Numbered from the whole stretch's first letter, positions 35,200 to 48,327 are shown. The stretch is 63,800 nucleotides of DNA, filler included, from Octopus bimaculoides (GCF_001194135.2; 9 parts of 9 records of this genome joined end to end with filler, not necessarily neighbours in it); one strand, 5' to 3'. Numbers and translations are program-made. The notes: a model not told the origin generated them from the letters alone.

Positions 35200-35560
35200 T
35201 TTTCGAAGAATATTAGGAATTCAGAGAAGTGGAATTGCCTGCTTGGAACCTGCACTCTTCTACTAGCAGGACGACCAACATCTCTTCCTTCATGTCTCAC
35301 TCTTTCATTGTTGGGAGGGGTGGCCCGGTGAGCTTTTGAAGGATCTGAGAGGACAATCACTTCTTTGGCAAACCTTGGTAGAATGCAAGCGTTTTGTAGT
35401 TATTAGGCAGCCTTATTGTGTTGCCGGACCATTCCAATCTCGTCCGTCTCATTATCTCGGTCATGGTATCTATCATGCGCAAATCTTTCCTTATGGATAT
35501 ATATCTGAGCCAATTTAGTATCGCCATCTTCTGGTTTGTGCGTGCCATCATATATTTTTA
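35200..35560 (-). mobile_element. Highly decayed RTE-like LINE thumb region
   Basis: LRMIDTMTEIMRRTRLEWSGNTIRLPNN parallels RTE I...I..RRLRW.GHV.RM; frameshifts follow. Confidence 0.5.
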
Positions 35561-37399
35561 GGGCCTATCTATCGGTCAGTGCCTCAAGTTAGGCAGTACA
35601 AGACATTTTATTTTCTCAACAACAATCTACACCACGGATAGATAGAAAAAAAAGACGATGTATAATGAAGTTCATTACATTTAAATATATTATGCCTGGA
35701 AAGAAAGAAATGATGGTCCATAAGACCTGAATTGAAGTTAAACAACAACCATCTCCACCAACAATAACAATAACCACCACCAACAACCACCACTTGCCTA
35801 TGTAGGTCTATGACCTAATGTGTTGACCACTAGTACTGCAGTGTTCACTGTTTTGCTGAAATCTGTTGGCTATTTCTGTCACATTAACCTAATCGTTTCA
35901 CATGCGTGTCTTCCTTACATTATCTCATTAGTGTATTTCTAGAACTAGATTGCTTTCCAAGTCTTTATTCAATTTCTACTTCCCAAAACTGAGTCTGGTA
36001 CTTCTAGGCCAATTACATTTCATCTCAATCATAAATCTTCGAAACAATCCCTCCCAAATTAAATTTTAATCGTGTTAACCATAACCAGATATCCCTATTA
36101 TCCAATATAGAACCACTGAGAAGGGTAAAAGAAGCCTTTTCTTCTCCGTATCAGCTGAAATAGCTCTTTTTGATTGTGCAATATCCAGATTTCCAAAACA
36201 ACAATTTCGCAATCTCAAGAAATGCAGTGGTTTATTGAATCAACGATCTATCTAAAAATATGTTTTATAAACATAATTTACTAATTCCTCTAATGTATGA
36301 TGTATTACATTCTTCATCGCTTGAACATTGCAAAGTTTGTAGCTTTACTCAATCTTGAAAAATTCTATAAGCTGATAACAAATAGGCGGGAGAATATATT
36401 ATCGCAGCTACATATAGATACTAATGAAAATATCAACAATAACTAAACAGTCCTTTATACTGTTGCCAAGCATGTAATCTCCGTTTTTGTTTATGTAACT
36501 GTCTGACTCATTGCCTGTATATCTTTGTATCGGTTTTCGTTTGTCAGCTTTTTACTATCTAGTTGCTTCAACTGCAAAGTGATCTTACAGCAACCCCGAA
36601 TGAGTTTTAATATGTAGAATTTATTGCTTTATTTACTTCTTATGCTGAATGGTATAATACGTGATTCTCAGTACACGTCCATCCATGTTTAAATTAATAG
36701 ACTTATCGGAATCCATTTTCAGTCAGAAAATGGACTCACTTCAATGCCCGCGAATCTAATCGCGGTTATAGACTGATCAGTAATCGATTTATATTTTAAT
36801 TATTCGAGCCATTTCTTTACGAAGAATAATATTCCAACTAAAAAAATAAAACAAGGAAAGAACGTGTATTTGAAACTGTAATATCTATCTCTCAGTATAT
36901 CCAGTACCAATATGGTGAGATTCGTTAGAATAAAATGTTGGCAGCTAGCAATCCGAGACCGTGACGCAGATTTAGCTCTCGGCTGAAGCTGTGTCGTTTT
37001 CTTCACATCATAAATAATCTCAGGAAAGAGAAAAGTATAAAAGAATCTCATAAGAAGAAAACTCTTTCTTCGTAATCGATCTGCGTGTTAGAAATAGTAG
37101 CTAATTCACCCTGAAATGCCTTGCAACTGTCTTAAAAAACGGAAGGAGACATTCTATAATGCTGTCCTCGATATACTATGCCTGCAAAAAGAACTCAGAG
37201 TGTCCATGGCAGGGATGTCTTTGATCACAAAAAACATAACCTAGAGCTGAACACTAATAATAGGAATTTTGTAAGCTGTAAAAGGAAACCAATACATGAT
37301 TGTTTTTCAAAGACTTTCTGTGTGTTTAACAGTAAGAAGAGTTTAAGAATGCAACATTTCTTAGGGAAAATATATTTCTGATATGGATGCCCAGTAAAT

Positions 37400-37540
37400 A
37401 AGTTCGTTTCGTTAGTATGTGATTTCGGTTCGGTCCCAATGCATAGCATCTTGGGCAAGTGTTTTCCGCCGTAGTCCCAAGTTGATCAATGTCTTGCAAG
37501 TGGAATTTAGACATTGAAACTGTGGCGGAAACCAGTCATA
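37400..37540 (+). mobile_element. SINE family B
   Basis: GGTTCGGTCCCAATGCATAGCATCTTGGGCAAGTG...TGCAAGTGGAATTTAGAC. Confidence 0.65.
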
Positions 37541-37597
37541 TACTTGTATGTATGTATGTATGTATGTATGTATGTATGTATGTATGTATGTATATAC

Positions 37598-37628
<31 letters not shown>

Positions 37629-38009
37629 TGTATGTACGTATGTATATACATATGTATGTATGTATGTATGTATGTATGCATGTGTGCATGTATTTCATTT
37701 CATTTTATCATTTTATCTAGTTTCAGCTCATGAGCTGTGGCCATGCTGGGGCACCGCCATTTATGTCTTTATTCAGTTTTATTTCCAGATTTCTTGCCAG
37801 TACAGAAAGAGCCGGTTTCTAATCTAGATCCAAGGCTCCTTCATTGGAATTTCAACATCAACAAAATATTTTTGTATATATGTATGTATATGTGCAGATT
37901 TGTATGTTTCGTTTTATGTATCTATTCTCATGCATATACTTGTATATCTATGTTTCGTTTTATGTATGTATGTATATTCGTGCATATACTTGCAATCTAG
38001 ATATGCTTA

Positions 38010-38251
38010 TATACACTTCTGGAAAGTTTTAGAGTTTTTTACAGTTCCAGTGATGGCTTGGATCTGTAGTCTTCAAATCAGCTTTCTCCCTTCTGGTGTT
38101 GAGAAGCCTAATTTCTCAATATTGGTATTTAAGCAGTGTGTTACATATTCCAGGGCCCCAATAGTTACAGGTATAAACCTGAACTTGTAATCTGGATAGA
38201 GTAGCTGTTGATTCCTCAGTAGTTCAGCGTAGGCATTTTCTTTTTCACTGC
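38010..38251 (-). mobile_element. REL-type (R4-like) LINE 3' remnant of a distinct lineage
   Basis: SEKENAYAELLRNQQLLYPDYKFRFIPVTIGALEYV...KLI*RLQIQAITGTVK; abuts a (CATA/CA)n array. Confidence 0.8.
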
Positions 38252-38291
38252 ATGTATGTATGTATGTATGTATGTATGTATGTATGTATGT

Positions 38292-38331
<40 letters not shown>

Positions 38332-38336
38332 ATGTA

Positions 38337-38367
<31 letters not shown>

Positions 38368-38439
38368 ATGTATGTGTGTGTGTATGTATGTATGTATGTA
38401 TGTATGTATGTATGTGTGTGTGTATGTATGTATGTATGC
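38252..38439. repeat. (TATG)n/(TG)n compound microsatellite
   Basis: Alternating TATG and TG blocks running into an N gap. Confidence 0.95.
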
Positions 38440-40395
38440 NNNNNNNNNNNNNNNNNNNNNNNNNNNNNNNNNNNNNNNNNNNNNNNNNNNNNNNNNNNNN
38501 NNNNNNNNNNNNNNNNNNNNNNNNNNNNNNNNNNNNNNNNNNNNNNNNNNNNNNNNNNNNNNNNNNNNNNNNNNNNNNNNNNNNNNNNNNNNNNNNNNNN
38601 NNNNNNNNNNNNNNNNNNNNNNNNNNNNNNNNNNNNNNNNNNNNNNNNNNNNNNNNNNNNNNNNNNNNNNNNNNNNNNNNNNNNNNNNNNNNNNNNNNNN
38701 NNNNNNNNNNNNNNNNNNNNNNNNNNNNNNNNNNNNNNNNNNNNNNNNNNNNNNNNNNNNNNNNNNNNNNNNNNNNNNNNNNNNNNNNNNNNNNNNNNNN
38801 NNNNNNNNNNNNNNNNNNNNNNNNNNNNNNNNNNNNNNNNNNNNNNNNNNNNNNNNNNNNNNNNNNNNNNNNNNNNNNNNNNNNNNNNNNNNNNNNNNNN
38901 NNNNNNNNNNNNNNNNNNNNNNNNNNNNNNNNNNNNNNNNNNNNNNNNNNNNNNNNNNNNNNNNNNNNNNNNNNNNNNNNNNNNNNNNNNNNNNNNNNNN
39001 NNNNNNNNNNNNNNNNNNNNNNNNNNNNNNNNNNNNNNNNNNNNNNNNNNNNNNNNATATATATATATATACAACGGGCCTATTTTAGTTTCTGTCTACT
39101 AAATCCACTCACAAAACTTTGGTCGGCCGGAGGCTATAGTAGAAGACACTTACCCAAGTTACCACGCAGTGGGACTGAACCCGTAATCATATGGATGAAA
39201 TACTTCTTTTCCATCCGCCAAGATGGATGAAACATTGCTTTTCCATCCACCTGCGCGGAAATTCTAGTTGAAACACGGGAATTTTGATTGGGACATGAAC
39301 TGGGGAACAATTATTCAAAATATCTTAAGTTTCCATATCAAGGAATTTTGCTTGATTTGGTGGTCGCACGCATACTACCTGTCTGTCTGTGTATGTGTCT
39401 GTGTCTGTGTCTGTCTGTGTATGTGTCTGTGTCTGTGTCTGTCTGTCTATGTGTCTGTGTCTGTCTGTCTGTATATATACAACTAAAAGCAGTTCAGAAA
39501 ATCTTGTAATTGCTAACTAAGCTGAAATAAGAAAGTAAGACAATTTAAATTATCCAATGATATATAAAAAAAAAAAATACCTTTGATCTTCTGGGGTCGT
39601 TTCGGAGTTGTACTTGTTCGTATCAGTGACCAGGTTGCAGGCATGGCGACGAAAATTTTGACACCAAGTAATCAATAATTAAGTGAAGTTAAAAGCTTTG
39701 CTTTTGTGTGTTTTATTAAATGACTTTTACGAGTTTTCTGTTGCAATTACTCCATGTTTTGCAGAATTTTAGAATTATTTCTTACTGATTTCTTAATTTT
39801 GAATGCGATGATTGTTATTTAAAAAAAAAAAAAAAAAATTTTTTTTTTTTAACAATTGGTGAACATTTCATGCAAATTGATGTCCGCAAGGGAAGGAATA
39901 AACGCAGAACACTGAAAAAATATTGACTTATATGAAGAAAGTAGAATTTATTTCACACATTGGTCTTCAGTCTTCAATAACAAAGATTTCTTAGCATTCA
40001 TTGTAAAGCATTGGCACTGGACTATAAGATATTTGTATATTTAGGAGCCTAGAGGCGAAAATCATTGGAGATATTGATTTTGTTTTGGGTAGGTGCAGAG
40101 AACTACGAAATGTACTCCTTATATGGCATTAGATTCTAATTCATTCGATCATTTTACCATTCATCAACTCGAGCTTGTATTCACCTTTTCGATGATTCAT
40201 TCGTCATACAGTCTCTCAATTTCTTTTTATATTTTTATTAATTTTTAATGTACTTTCTTATATATTTTCTCATAAAATGTTCACACCGTATATATACTTG
40301 GGTTTTGCATAGAGATACATACATTTGCATAAGTTTCTTAGCATTTTGGACGAACATTTTGGTACACATATTTGTAGTGTTCCCCATGAGTGTGA

Positions 40396-40463
<68 letters not shown>

Positions 40464-40519
40464 CAGTTTAATAATTATTATCCTTTTATTCGACACAAGA
40501 GCAAATACAAACAATTTTG

Positions 40520-40551
<32 letters not shown>

Positions 40552-40969
40552 ACAATATATTATAAATTAACTACCAACAAAAATAATTGGTAAGCTAACT
40601 TAAAAAATCATCACCTAAATAGCAGAAAAAAACGACAGTGAAGATATGCAGACTCTTCAAGAATCGATCCTTTTGGTAATATTAATAATAATAAAGGAGT
40701 TACGATACAAAAACGTATAAATTCAAAAGAACATATTTATCTTCTTCAATATATATTTCAGTATAAAGAATTCATTAAGATGCTTAAATCAAAATTTCTT
40801 TACACATCATTCAGGAACAGATATAACATCAGAAAAAATACACTNNNNNNNNNNNNNNNNNNNNNNNNNNNNNNNNNNNNNNNNNNNNTTAATTAATTAA
40901 NNNNNNNNNNNNNNNNNNNNNNNNNNNNNNNNNNNNNNNNNNNNTATATATATATATATGTACTATCAC

Positions 40970-41265
40970 CACTGAGGCGATACAAGGACAGCCTGAAAAC
41001 TTCCCTTGGGGCCTGCGGCATTTCAGCCCGTGGCTGGGAATCACTTGCCTCTGACCACGGCACCTAGCATCTAGCTGTCCAAAAGGGTGTTAGGCTGTTT
41101 GAGGAAAAGTGCCTCAAGAGCTTAGACAAGCCCAAAAAGAGAGGATCCCCAACCCTACTTCTGCTGTTACGTGCCCAACATGTGGTCGCGTCTGCGCGTT
41201 TGCCTTTGGGCTCCGCTCTCACTTCCGGCGTTACTGATGTCATTGTCAAACCCCAACAGACTTCC
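40970..41265 (+). mobile_element. RTE-clade LINE 3' end with C-terminal zinc finger
   Basis: LRRYKDSLKTSLGACGISARGWESLASD...VQKGVRLFEE...VTCPTCGRVCAFAFGLRSHFRRY*. Confidence 0.9.
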
Positions 41266-41828
41266 ATTATAATATATATATGTGTGTGTGTCATGCAAAT
41301 GTCACCTGTGCCAGTGGCATGTAAAAGCACCTATTACACTCTCGGAGTGGTTGGCATTAGGAAAGGCATCCAGCTATATACAATCATGCCAAATCAAACT
41401 GGACCCTTGCACAGCCTTCCAGTGTGCCAGCCCAGTCAAACTGTCCAATCCATGCCAGCATGGACAATGGACTTTAAATGATGATGATGATGATGATGAT
41501 CACTCACACACACATACATACATATATATAAGTTAAAAAAACGTTAAGTAAATGCACAGATGAATGGACAACAGACACGGGAGGTCCCCAACTCTTCATC
41601 AGTTGTCGGCCAGAGGGTCAAATGCAATTCACACCTTTAGCGATAATATTGCTTCCCATCTGGTGGTGATTGGCAAGAGCTGCCAGGAAATGGGACCGAA
41701 ATATAACAGAATGCGAACAGACAAACAATAAATTGATAAACGAGTAATACAGAAGTAGACAAACACTGTTAGTGGACAAACGAGGGACAAAAACGAAATA
41801 AATAAATACATAGATTGTAGCCTTAGGG

Positions 41829-41864
<36 letters not shown>

Positions 41865-41876
41865 ATGCATACATGG

Positions 41877-41907
<31 letters not shown>

Positions 41908-42462
41908 GTATAGGTGTAGTATATAGGTGCAGGTATGGCTGTGTGCTTCCCAACCACATGGTTCCGCGTTCAGTCCCAAAGTCTTGTGAGTGGATTTGGT
42001 AGGTGGAAACTGAAAGAAGCCTGTCNNNNNNNNNNNNNNNNNNNNNNNNNNNNNNNNNNNNNNNNNNNNNNNNNNNNNNNNNNNNNNNNNNNNNNNNNNN
42101 NNNNNNNNNNNNNNNNNNNNNNNNNNNNNNNNNNNNNNNNNNNNNNNNNNNNNNNNNNNNNNNNNNNNNNNNNNNNNNNNNNNNNNNNNNNNNNNNNNNN
42201 NNNNNNNNNNNNNNNNNNNNNNNNNNNNNNNNNNNNNNNNNNNNNNNNNNNNNNNNNNNNNNNNNNNNNNNNNNNNNNNNNNNNNNNNNNNNNNNNNNNN
42301 NNNNNNNNNNNNNNNNNNNNNNNNNNNNNNNNNNNNNNNNNNNNNNNNNNNNNNNNNNNNNNNNNNNNNNNNNNNNNNNNNNNNNNNNNNNNNNNNNNNN
42401 NNNNNNNNNNNNNNNNNNNNNNNNNNNNNNNNNNNNNNNNNNNNNNNNNNNNNNNNNNNNNN

Positions 42463-43310
42463 CTTTCTTTCTCTCTTCATTCTTCACTTTCTTTCTATCA
42501 TCCCTTTTCCCTTTCTTCCTTCCCTCGTTCATTCATCCCTTTCTTTCTTTTTTCCTTCTTCCCTTTCTCTTCCTTCCTTATTTTTTCTTTCTTCCTTTTT
42601 ACCTTCAATCCACCCTTCCTTCCATCATTCATTCATTCATTCATTCTTTCTTCCTTCTTTCTTCCCTCCTCATTCTTTCTTTCTTCATTCTGTACTTTTC
42701 TTTCTTTTTTCTTTCTATTCTTTCCTTCTTCTGTTCTTCTTTCCTTCCTTCATTCATTCATTCATCCCTTTCTTTTTTCCTTCTTCCCTTTCTCTTCCTT
42801 CTTTATTCTTTCTTTCTTCCTTCTGTTCTTTCTTTCCTTCTTCCTTTTTACCTTCCATCCACCCTTCCTTCCTTCCATCATTCATTCATTCATACCTCCT
42901 TTCTTTCTTCCTTCTTTCCTTCCTTCCTTCTTCCTTTTTACCTTCCTTCCTTGCATCATTCATTCATTCATTCATCCCTCCTTTCCTTCCGTCCTTTCTT
43001 TTTTCTTTCCTTCCTTCCTTTTTCCTTCTTTCTTCCCTCCTTATTCTTTCTTTCTTCATTCTTTACTTTTCTTTCTTTATTCCTTCTATTCTTTCCTTCT
43101 GTTCTTCTTTCCATCCTTCATTCATTTCTTCTTTCCTTCTCCCTCTCTTCCTTCTTTATTCTTTCTTTCTTTCTTTCTCTATTCAATCCTATTCTCTCTT
43201 TCTTTTTATCCTTCCTTCCTTCTTTTCATTCCTTTTTCTTTCCTTCCTTCCTTTCTTCCTTTTCTTCCATCCCTACCTTCCTTCCTTCCTTCCTTCTGGG
43301 CTTCCTTAAT
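42463..43310 (+). repeat. ~850-bp almost pure pyrimidine tract (CTTT/TTCC/TTCA) with an internal duplication
   Basis: ACCTTC.ATCCACCCTTCC at 42601 and 42850; (TTCA)n recurs. Confidence 0.9.
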
Positions 43311-43351
43311 TTACTGTTTCCCTTGTTTTTTCCTTTGTGTTTTGTTCATAA

Positions 43352-43414
<63 letters not shown>

Positions 43415-43779
43415 CGTGTTTTCCTCTCCTCTGACAACTCCCACGGCTCCCACCCTAACCCTAATCCCTGCTAAACCTATATAAGCCCAGAGATAAACAT
43501 TCCAGACTGTTGTAAAACCACAGCTGAATAACCATGGGACTCATTCAAACGGCAAAGAGACTAAATATATCTTTATTAAAACATATGGATATCACACAGA
43601 ACAGAGATAGGGATAATGATAATAATAATAATAATAATAATCATTGTAGTAGTAGTAGTAGTAGTAGTAGTAACAAAAAGAACATCAACAACAACAGCAG
43701 CAGTAACAACAACAACAACAAGACCAAGAAGATGAACAACTAGAACAAGAAGAACAATAATGGTTGTAAATTTTGACTC

Positions 43780-44445
43780 ATTTCAGGGGATGGGTTAAGT
43801 CAATTTCGTCGACTCCCCCAATGTTCAACTGGTACTTATTTTATCGACCCTGTAAGAGGACGAAGGGCATAGTCAACCTTGGCTGGATTTGAACTCAGAT
43901 CAAGAATGGATGAAATACTGCAAGGCATTTTTGCCTGGTGTGCTAATGATTCGACCAGCATGCCACCTTAATGATGTAAATTATTATTAGGATTATAATT
44001 GAGGTGGTGAGAGCTGGCTGAATTGTTAGCATGCTGGGTAAAATGCTTAGTGGCATTTTAGCCAATTTATTGCAGTCTAAGTTCAAATCCCGCTGAGGTC
44101 AACTTTGCCTTTCATTCTTTCGAGGTTGATAAAATAAGTACCAGTTGTGTACTGGGGCCAATGTAATTGACTTACCTTCTCTCCCCAAACTTCAGACCTT
44201 GTACCTATAATAGAAAGGATTATTATTATTTTAAGGTGGCAAACTGGCAAGATCTTTGGCACACCAGGTGAAATGCCAGCAGTATTCCATCTGTCTTCAT
44301 GTTCTGAGCTCAAATTATGCCAAGCTCCACTTTACATTTCATCCCTTTTGGGGGTCAATAAAGGAAGTACTAGCTGAACACTGGGGTTGGTATAATCAAA
44401 TTACACCCTCCCACAAAATTGTTGGCCTTGTGCCAAAATTTGAAA
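43780..44445. mobile_element. Cluster of three CpG-decayed SINE family A copies (-, +, +)
   Basis: Minus copy at about 43780-43970; plus copies at about 44005-44220 and 44235-44445. Confidence 0.75.
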
Positions 44446-44446
44446 C

Positions 44447-44480
<34 letters not shown>

Positions 44481-45038
44481 GAATGAGAGAGCAGTGCATG
44501 CCATCAGTGACACTAGGGTACAATTATACAAAGCCCATTATACCCATCATGACTACCCGCATCTGATAAAGATACCCCAGGCACATGCATCACAACCATA
44601 TGTGCGCAACATGGTGATCTTATATCAAGATAAATAGCGCATGACCTTGCAGGTGGAGCCCAGTTAGAATTTTTTCAGGTTGAGTAGCCCATCCTGCTCA
44701 AAAGATCCCTGAATAAGGTTTGTTTAAGGATGCTGAGCAAAACACCCATGTTTCCAAAGGTGAATTATTCAAACCCCAAAGAATTCCTCTCAACACATGG
44801 CTATGATGCTCCCCCACTACTTCTGCTCGTGATCAGAGATGCACATATCGTCAGCCACCAAGGGACATGCTCAACTGATTAAGGTCAAACAACTGACAAG
44901 CAAATCTGTGGTATTAAGCAGAATATTTGCTGTAGCCCATCTTCTATACCAAGACAAAACAATGTACATGATAACACTTCCAATCAGTTGAGATCAGAAG
45001 CCATGAGAGCCACTGCCTGGTACTGCATCCGGGCATTT
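44481..45038 (-). mobile_element. Family E element embedded in (TAA)n
   Basis: Reverse complement of 31393-31956, flanked by (ATT)n on both sides. Confidence 0.9.
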
Positions 45039-45805
45039 ATTATTACTACTATTATTATTATGGACTGAAGCAACGTGAAATGAAGTGTTGTTCAAGAATA
45101 CAATGTGTCACCTGGTCCAGGAATTGAAACCACAACCTTATGATCATGTGTCCAACATCCTAACCACTAAGCAACTAGCTTCCATTACTGGTGCCATGTA
45201 AAAAGTACTGAATACATGTTGTAAAGTGGTTGGCATTAGGAAGGGCATTGAACCATAGACCAAAACAGACCATGGAACCTGGTGTGGTTCCTGGCCACAC
45301 CTGGCCTTGCCAGACCCTCTCGAACCATCCAACCCATGCCAGCATGGAAAAGTGGATGTTAAATGACAATGGATAAGGGTAAATAATTGTTTGCATGGGT
45401 AGGGAAAGAGAGAGATGGGGGAGATAGAGATGGTAAAAGAGGGATGTGTGTGTGTGGGTATTTGGGAGGTGGGTTGCTAGGGAGGTAAGTGTGTGGAGAG
45501 GTGATTAATGAGGTGAATGAATAAGGGTGGATGTGTGGGGTGTAGAAGAGAAACAATTAAGGAGGAACATTGTCTCCTGAATAAATTTTAAATACGTTAG
45601 CACCTTGGTTATTACATACATATGTAAACAGCATGTGTCTGGGTGTACATATATATATATATATACTTATGTATGTATGTACATATATACATTGGCATAT
45701 ATATACATATATATTTATTTATGTATAGAGAGAGAGAGGGGGGAGAGAAAGAGCAAGACAGACTGAGAGATATAGAGAGAGATAGTCACATACAACACAT
45801 GCATG

Positions 45806-45841
<36 letters not shown>

Positions 45842-46269
45842 TATAAATATACACTCACACATGTATATCTACAGACCATATGACATCCATTAGTAACATT
45901 GAGCGTCGAGACCCTTATTCTCCAATTCCTTGCTTCTTTCATATTTTCTAGATATTCTATGTTAAATATGACATAATTAAATCCTATTTTTGTGGTGGGG
46001 AATGGTGAGTGTGTCTTCAGCATAACATGAACTTTGGTGCTTTTGTTTGAATTTAATTGTTATATGAGAGAGATATTAACAGTGAACGTAGTAGAAAGAT
46101 ACTCATTTCTGACAGCCATAACCTCATTTTTCATTTTTATAACTTCGTCAGTAGAAAAGAAGGAAAAAAAAAGAGGGTAGTTAGTAGTAGTTAGTACCCA
46201 TCATATATTATAAGGAAGTCTTTCTCCTTAGATTCCACCCCACCAGCTAAAAAAAAAACACACAACAAA

Positions 46270-46825
46270 AACTTTTCTACTCTAGGTATAAGGCCTGAAA
46301 TTTTTGGGGAAGTGGGGGGAGGGAAGTTGATTAGATCGACCCAGTATGCAACTGGTACTTAATTTATTGACCCCAAAAAGATGAAAGGCAAAGTCAACCT
46401 TGGCAGAATTTGAACTCAGAACATAAAGGCAGACAAATAAAATATTCTTTTCTACTCTAGACACAAGGCCCGAAGCTTTTTGGGGAAGGAGGGAGATAGT
46501 TGATTAGATCTACCCCAGTACACAACTGGTACTTAATTTACTGACCCTGAAAGGCAAAGTCGACCTCAGCGGAATTTGAACTCAGAACATAAAGGCAGAC
46601 AAATAAAATATTCTTTTCTACTCTAGGCACAAGGCCCAAAATTTTTGGAGGTGGGTGCAGTTGATTAGATCGACTCCAGTAAGCAACTGGAACTTAATTT
46701 ATTGACCCTGAAAGGATGAAAGGCAAAGTAGACCTCGGCAGAATTTGAACTCAGAACATAAAGACAGACGAAATATTGCTAAGCATTTCGCCCAGCGTGC
46801 CAACGTTTCTGCCCGCTCGCCGCCT
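46270..46825 (-). mobile_element. Tandem array of three SINE family A copies
   Basis: The tail CTTTTCTACTCTAG starts at 46272, 46447 and 46613. Confidence 0.9.
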
Positions 46826-46914
46826 TACACACACAACAAAAACTCCGTGTTCTATTGTGAAGGGGTGAAGGTGGATAGCATAGTATTTAGGGTGTTGCAG
46901 CCATCATTGCAAAA

Positions 46915-47470
46915 TCATTATCATCATCATCAATATTTAATGTCTGTTTTCCATGCTGGCAAGGCCAGGGCCTATACCAGGTTCCATAGTCTGCTTTGAC
47001 TTGGTTTCTACAGCTGGATACCCTTCCTAATACCAACCACTGTACACAGTGTACTGGGTGCTCTTTACATGACACCAGCCCCAGTGCCTTTTATATGAGG
47101 CCAGCACCAGTGCTTCTTACATGGACCCATCAGCAGTGCTTTTTACATGGCACCAACACCAGGGTTTTTTTATGTGGAACCAGCCCCAGTGCCGTTTATG
47201 TGACACCAGCACTTTTATGTGATGTCATGTAAGAAGTACTAGTGCTTCTAACATGGCACCAACACCAGTGCTCTCTATGTGGCACCATCACCAGTACTTT
47301 TTATGTGGCACCAGCACCCACACCAATGCTTTTTATTGGGACCTTGGTTTTAGGATCTCAATTCTGTTGTGGTGGGCAGGTCTTCTTGAGTAGAGCAATG
47401 CACCACATATTTCGGCCCTCTCTCATCTCCTTCGTAAGGCCCAGTGTTTTGAGGTCAGGCTTCATGGTTT
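46915..47470 (-). mobile_element. SINE family F ((ATG)n tail) with an internal ~26-bp minisatellite and an RTE-like segment
   Basis: TTTCCATGCTGGC...CAGCTGGATACCCTTCCTAATACCAACC is shared with 41285-41500 and 45185-45370. GCACCAGCACCAGTGCTTTTTATGTG units lie at about 47070-47335. Minus 47360-47470 reads ETMKPDLKTLGLTKEM. Confidence 0.65.
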
Positions 47471-48044
47471 CAATTTCTGCACTGGACGGTGCATTGCATA
47501 TTTTTCAGCAAAACATTTCATTTCTTGTTGCTCCAGTTCACTCAGATGTAAATGAGTTAATCTATGACAGACGGTGGGGGGGAAGGGCAGCGGAGACTGT
47601 TGTGATCTCAGTCATTTGTATGCTGGGGAAAACCGAGCAACCAGCTCAAGGAGTCCTAAGACTTGAGGCAATACTATGAAGGACAAAGAATACATTATGA
47701 TGATGCTTCTCTTTATTATGATAATAAGAATATCTCACATAGAAAGGACGGCACAGGACATTACAAACATCTAAGATCGCTTAGCGAGTTTATAAGAGTC
47801 GTTTTTTTGATAAAAATGTGTTTTAACGTTTGCTTTTCCACGCTTGTATGGGTCAGCCTTACTCTTGCTTCTGCCAGTCATGCAATATCATCATCAAAAG
47901 ACCAAGGCGCATGATCCTTTCCATTTCCTTCCACAGCAATCCAGCAGCGCTCCCACTGGTTACCTTTTACATCACAAAGTCAATTCTGTTAGACACGAAT
48001 AACGATTCCAAAGTTGTTGGTGTAGCTTGTATCTCTCCCGACAC

Positions 48045-48245
48045 AATTGTTAGCAATCTGGGTGAAATACTTAACGGTATTTCGTCTGTCTTTACGTTCT
48101 GAGTTCAAATTCCACCGAGTTCAACTTTGCCTTTTGTCCATTCAGGGTCGATAAATTAAGTACCAGTTGCATACTGGGGTTGATCTAATTGACTGGCCCC
48201 CTCCCCAAAAATTTCGGGCCTTGTGCCTAGAGAAGAAAAGAATAT
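48045..48245 (+). mobile_element. SINE family A
   Basis: CGGTATTTCGTCTGTCTTTACGTTCTGAGTTCAAATTCC...GGGCCTTGTGCCTAGAGAAGAAAAG. Confidence 0.85.
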
Positions 48246-48327
48246 CTACTTTTCCATGCTTGAATGGGTTGGGTGAAATCTGCCATGGTGGAGATTTCTA
48301 TGGCTAGATGCCCTTCTTGTCACCAAC

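Noticed and set aside
41575-41620. CTGATGAAGAG on the minus strand as a ribozyme
   Set aside because: No downstream GAAA or stem III.
41935-43484. ~500-aa F/L/S-rich membrane-like ORFs
   Set aside because: A pyrimidine tract plus an N gap cannot contain stops; compositional artefact.
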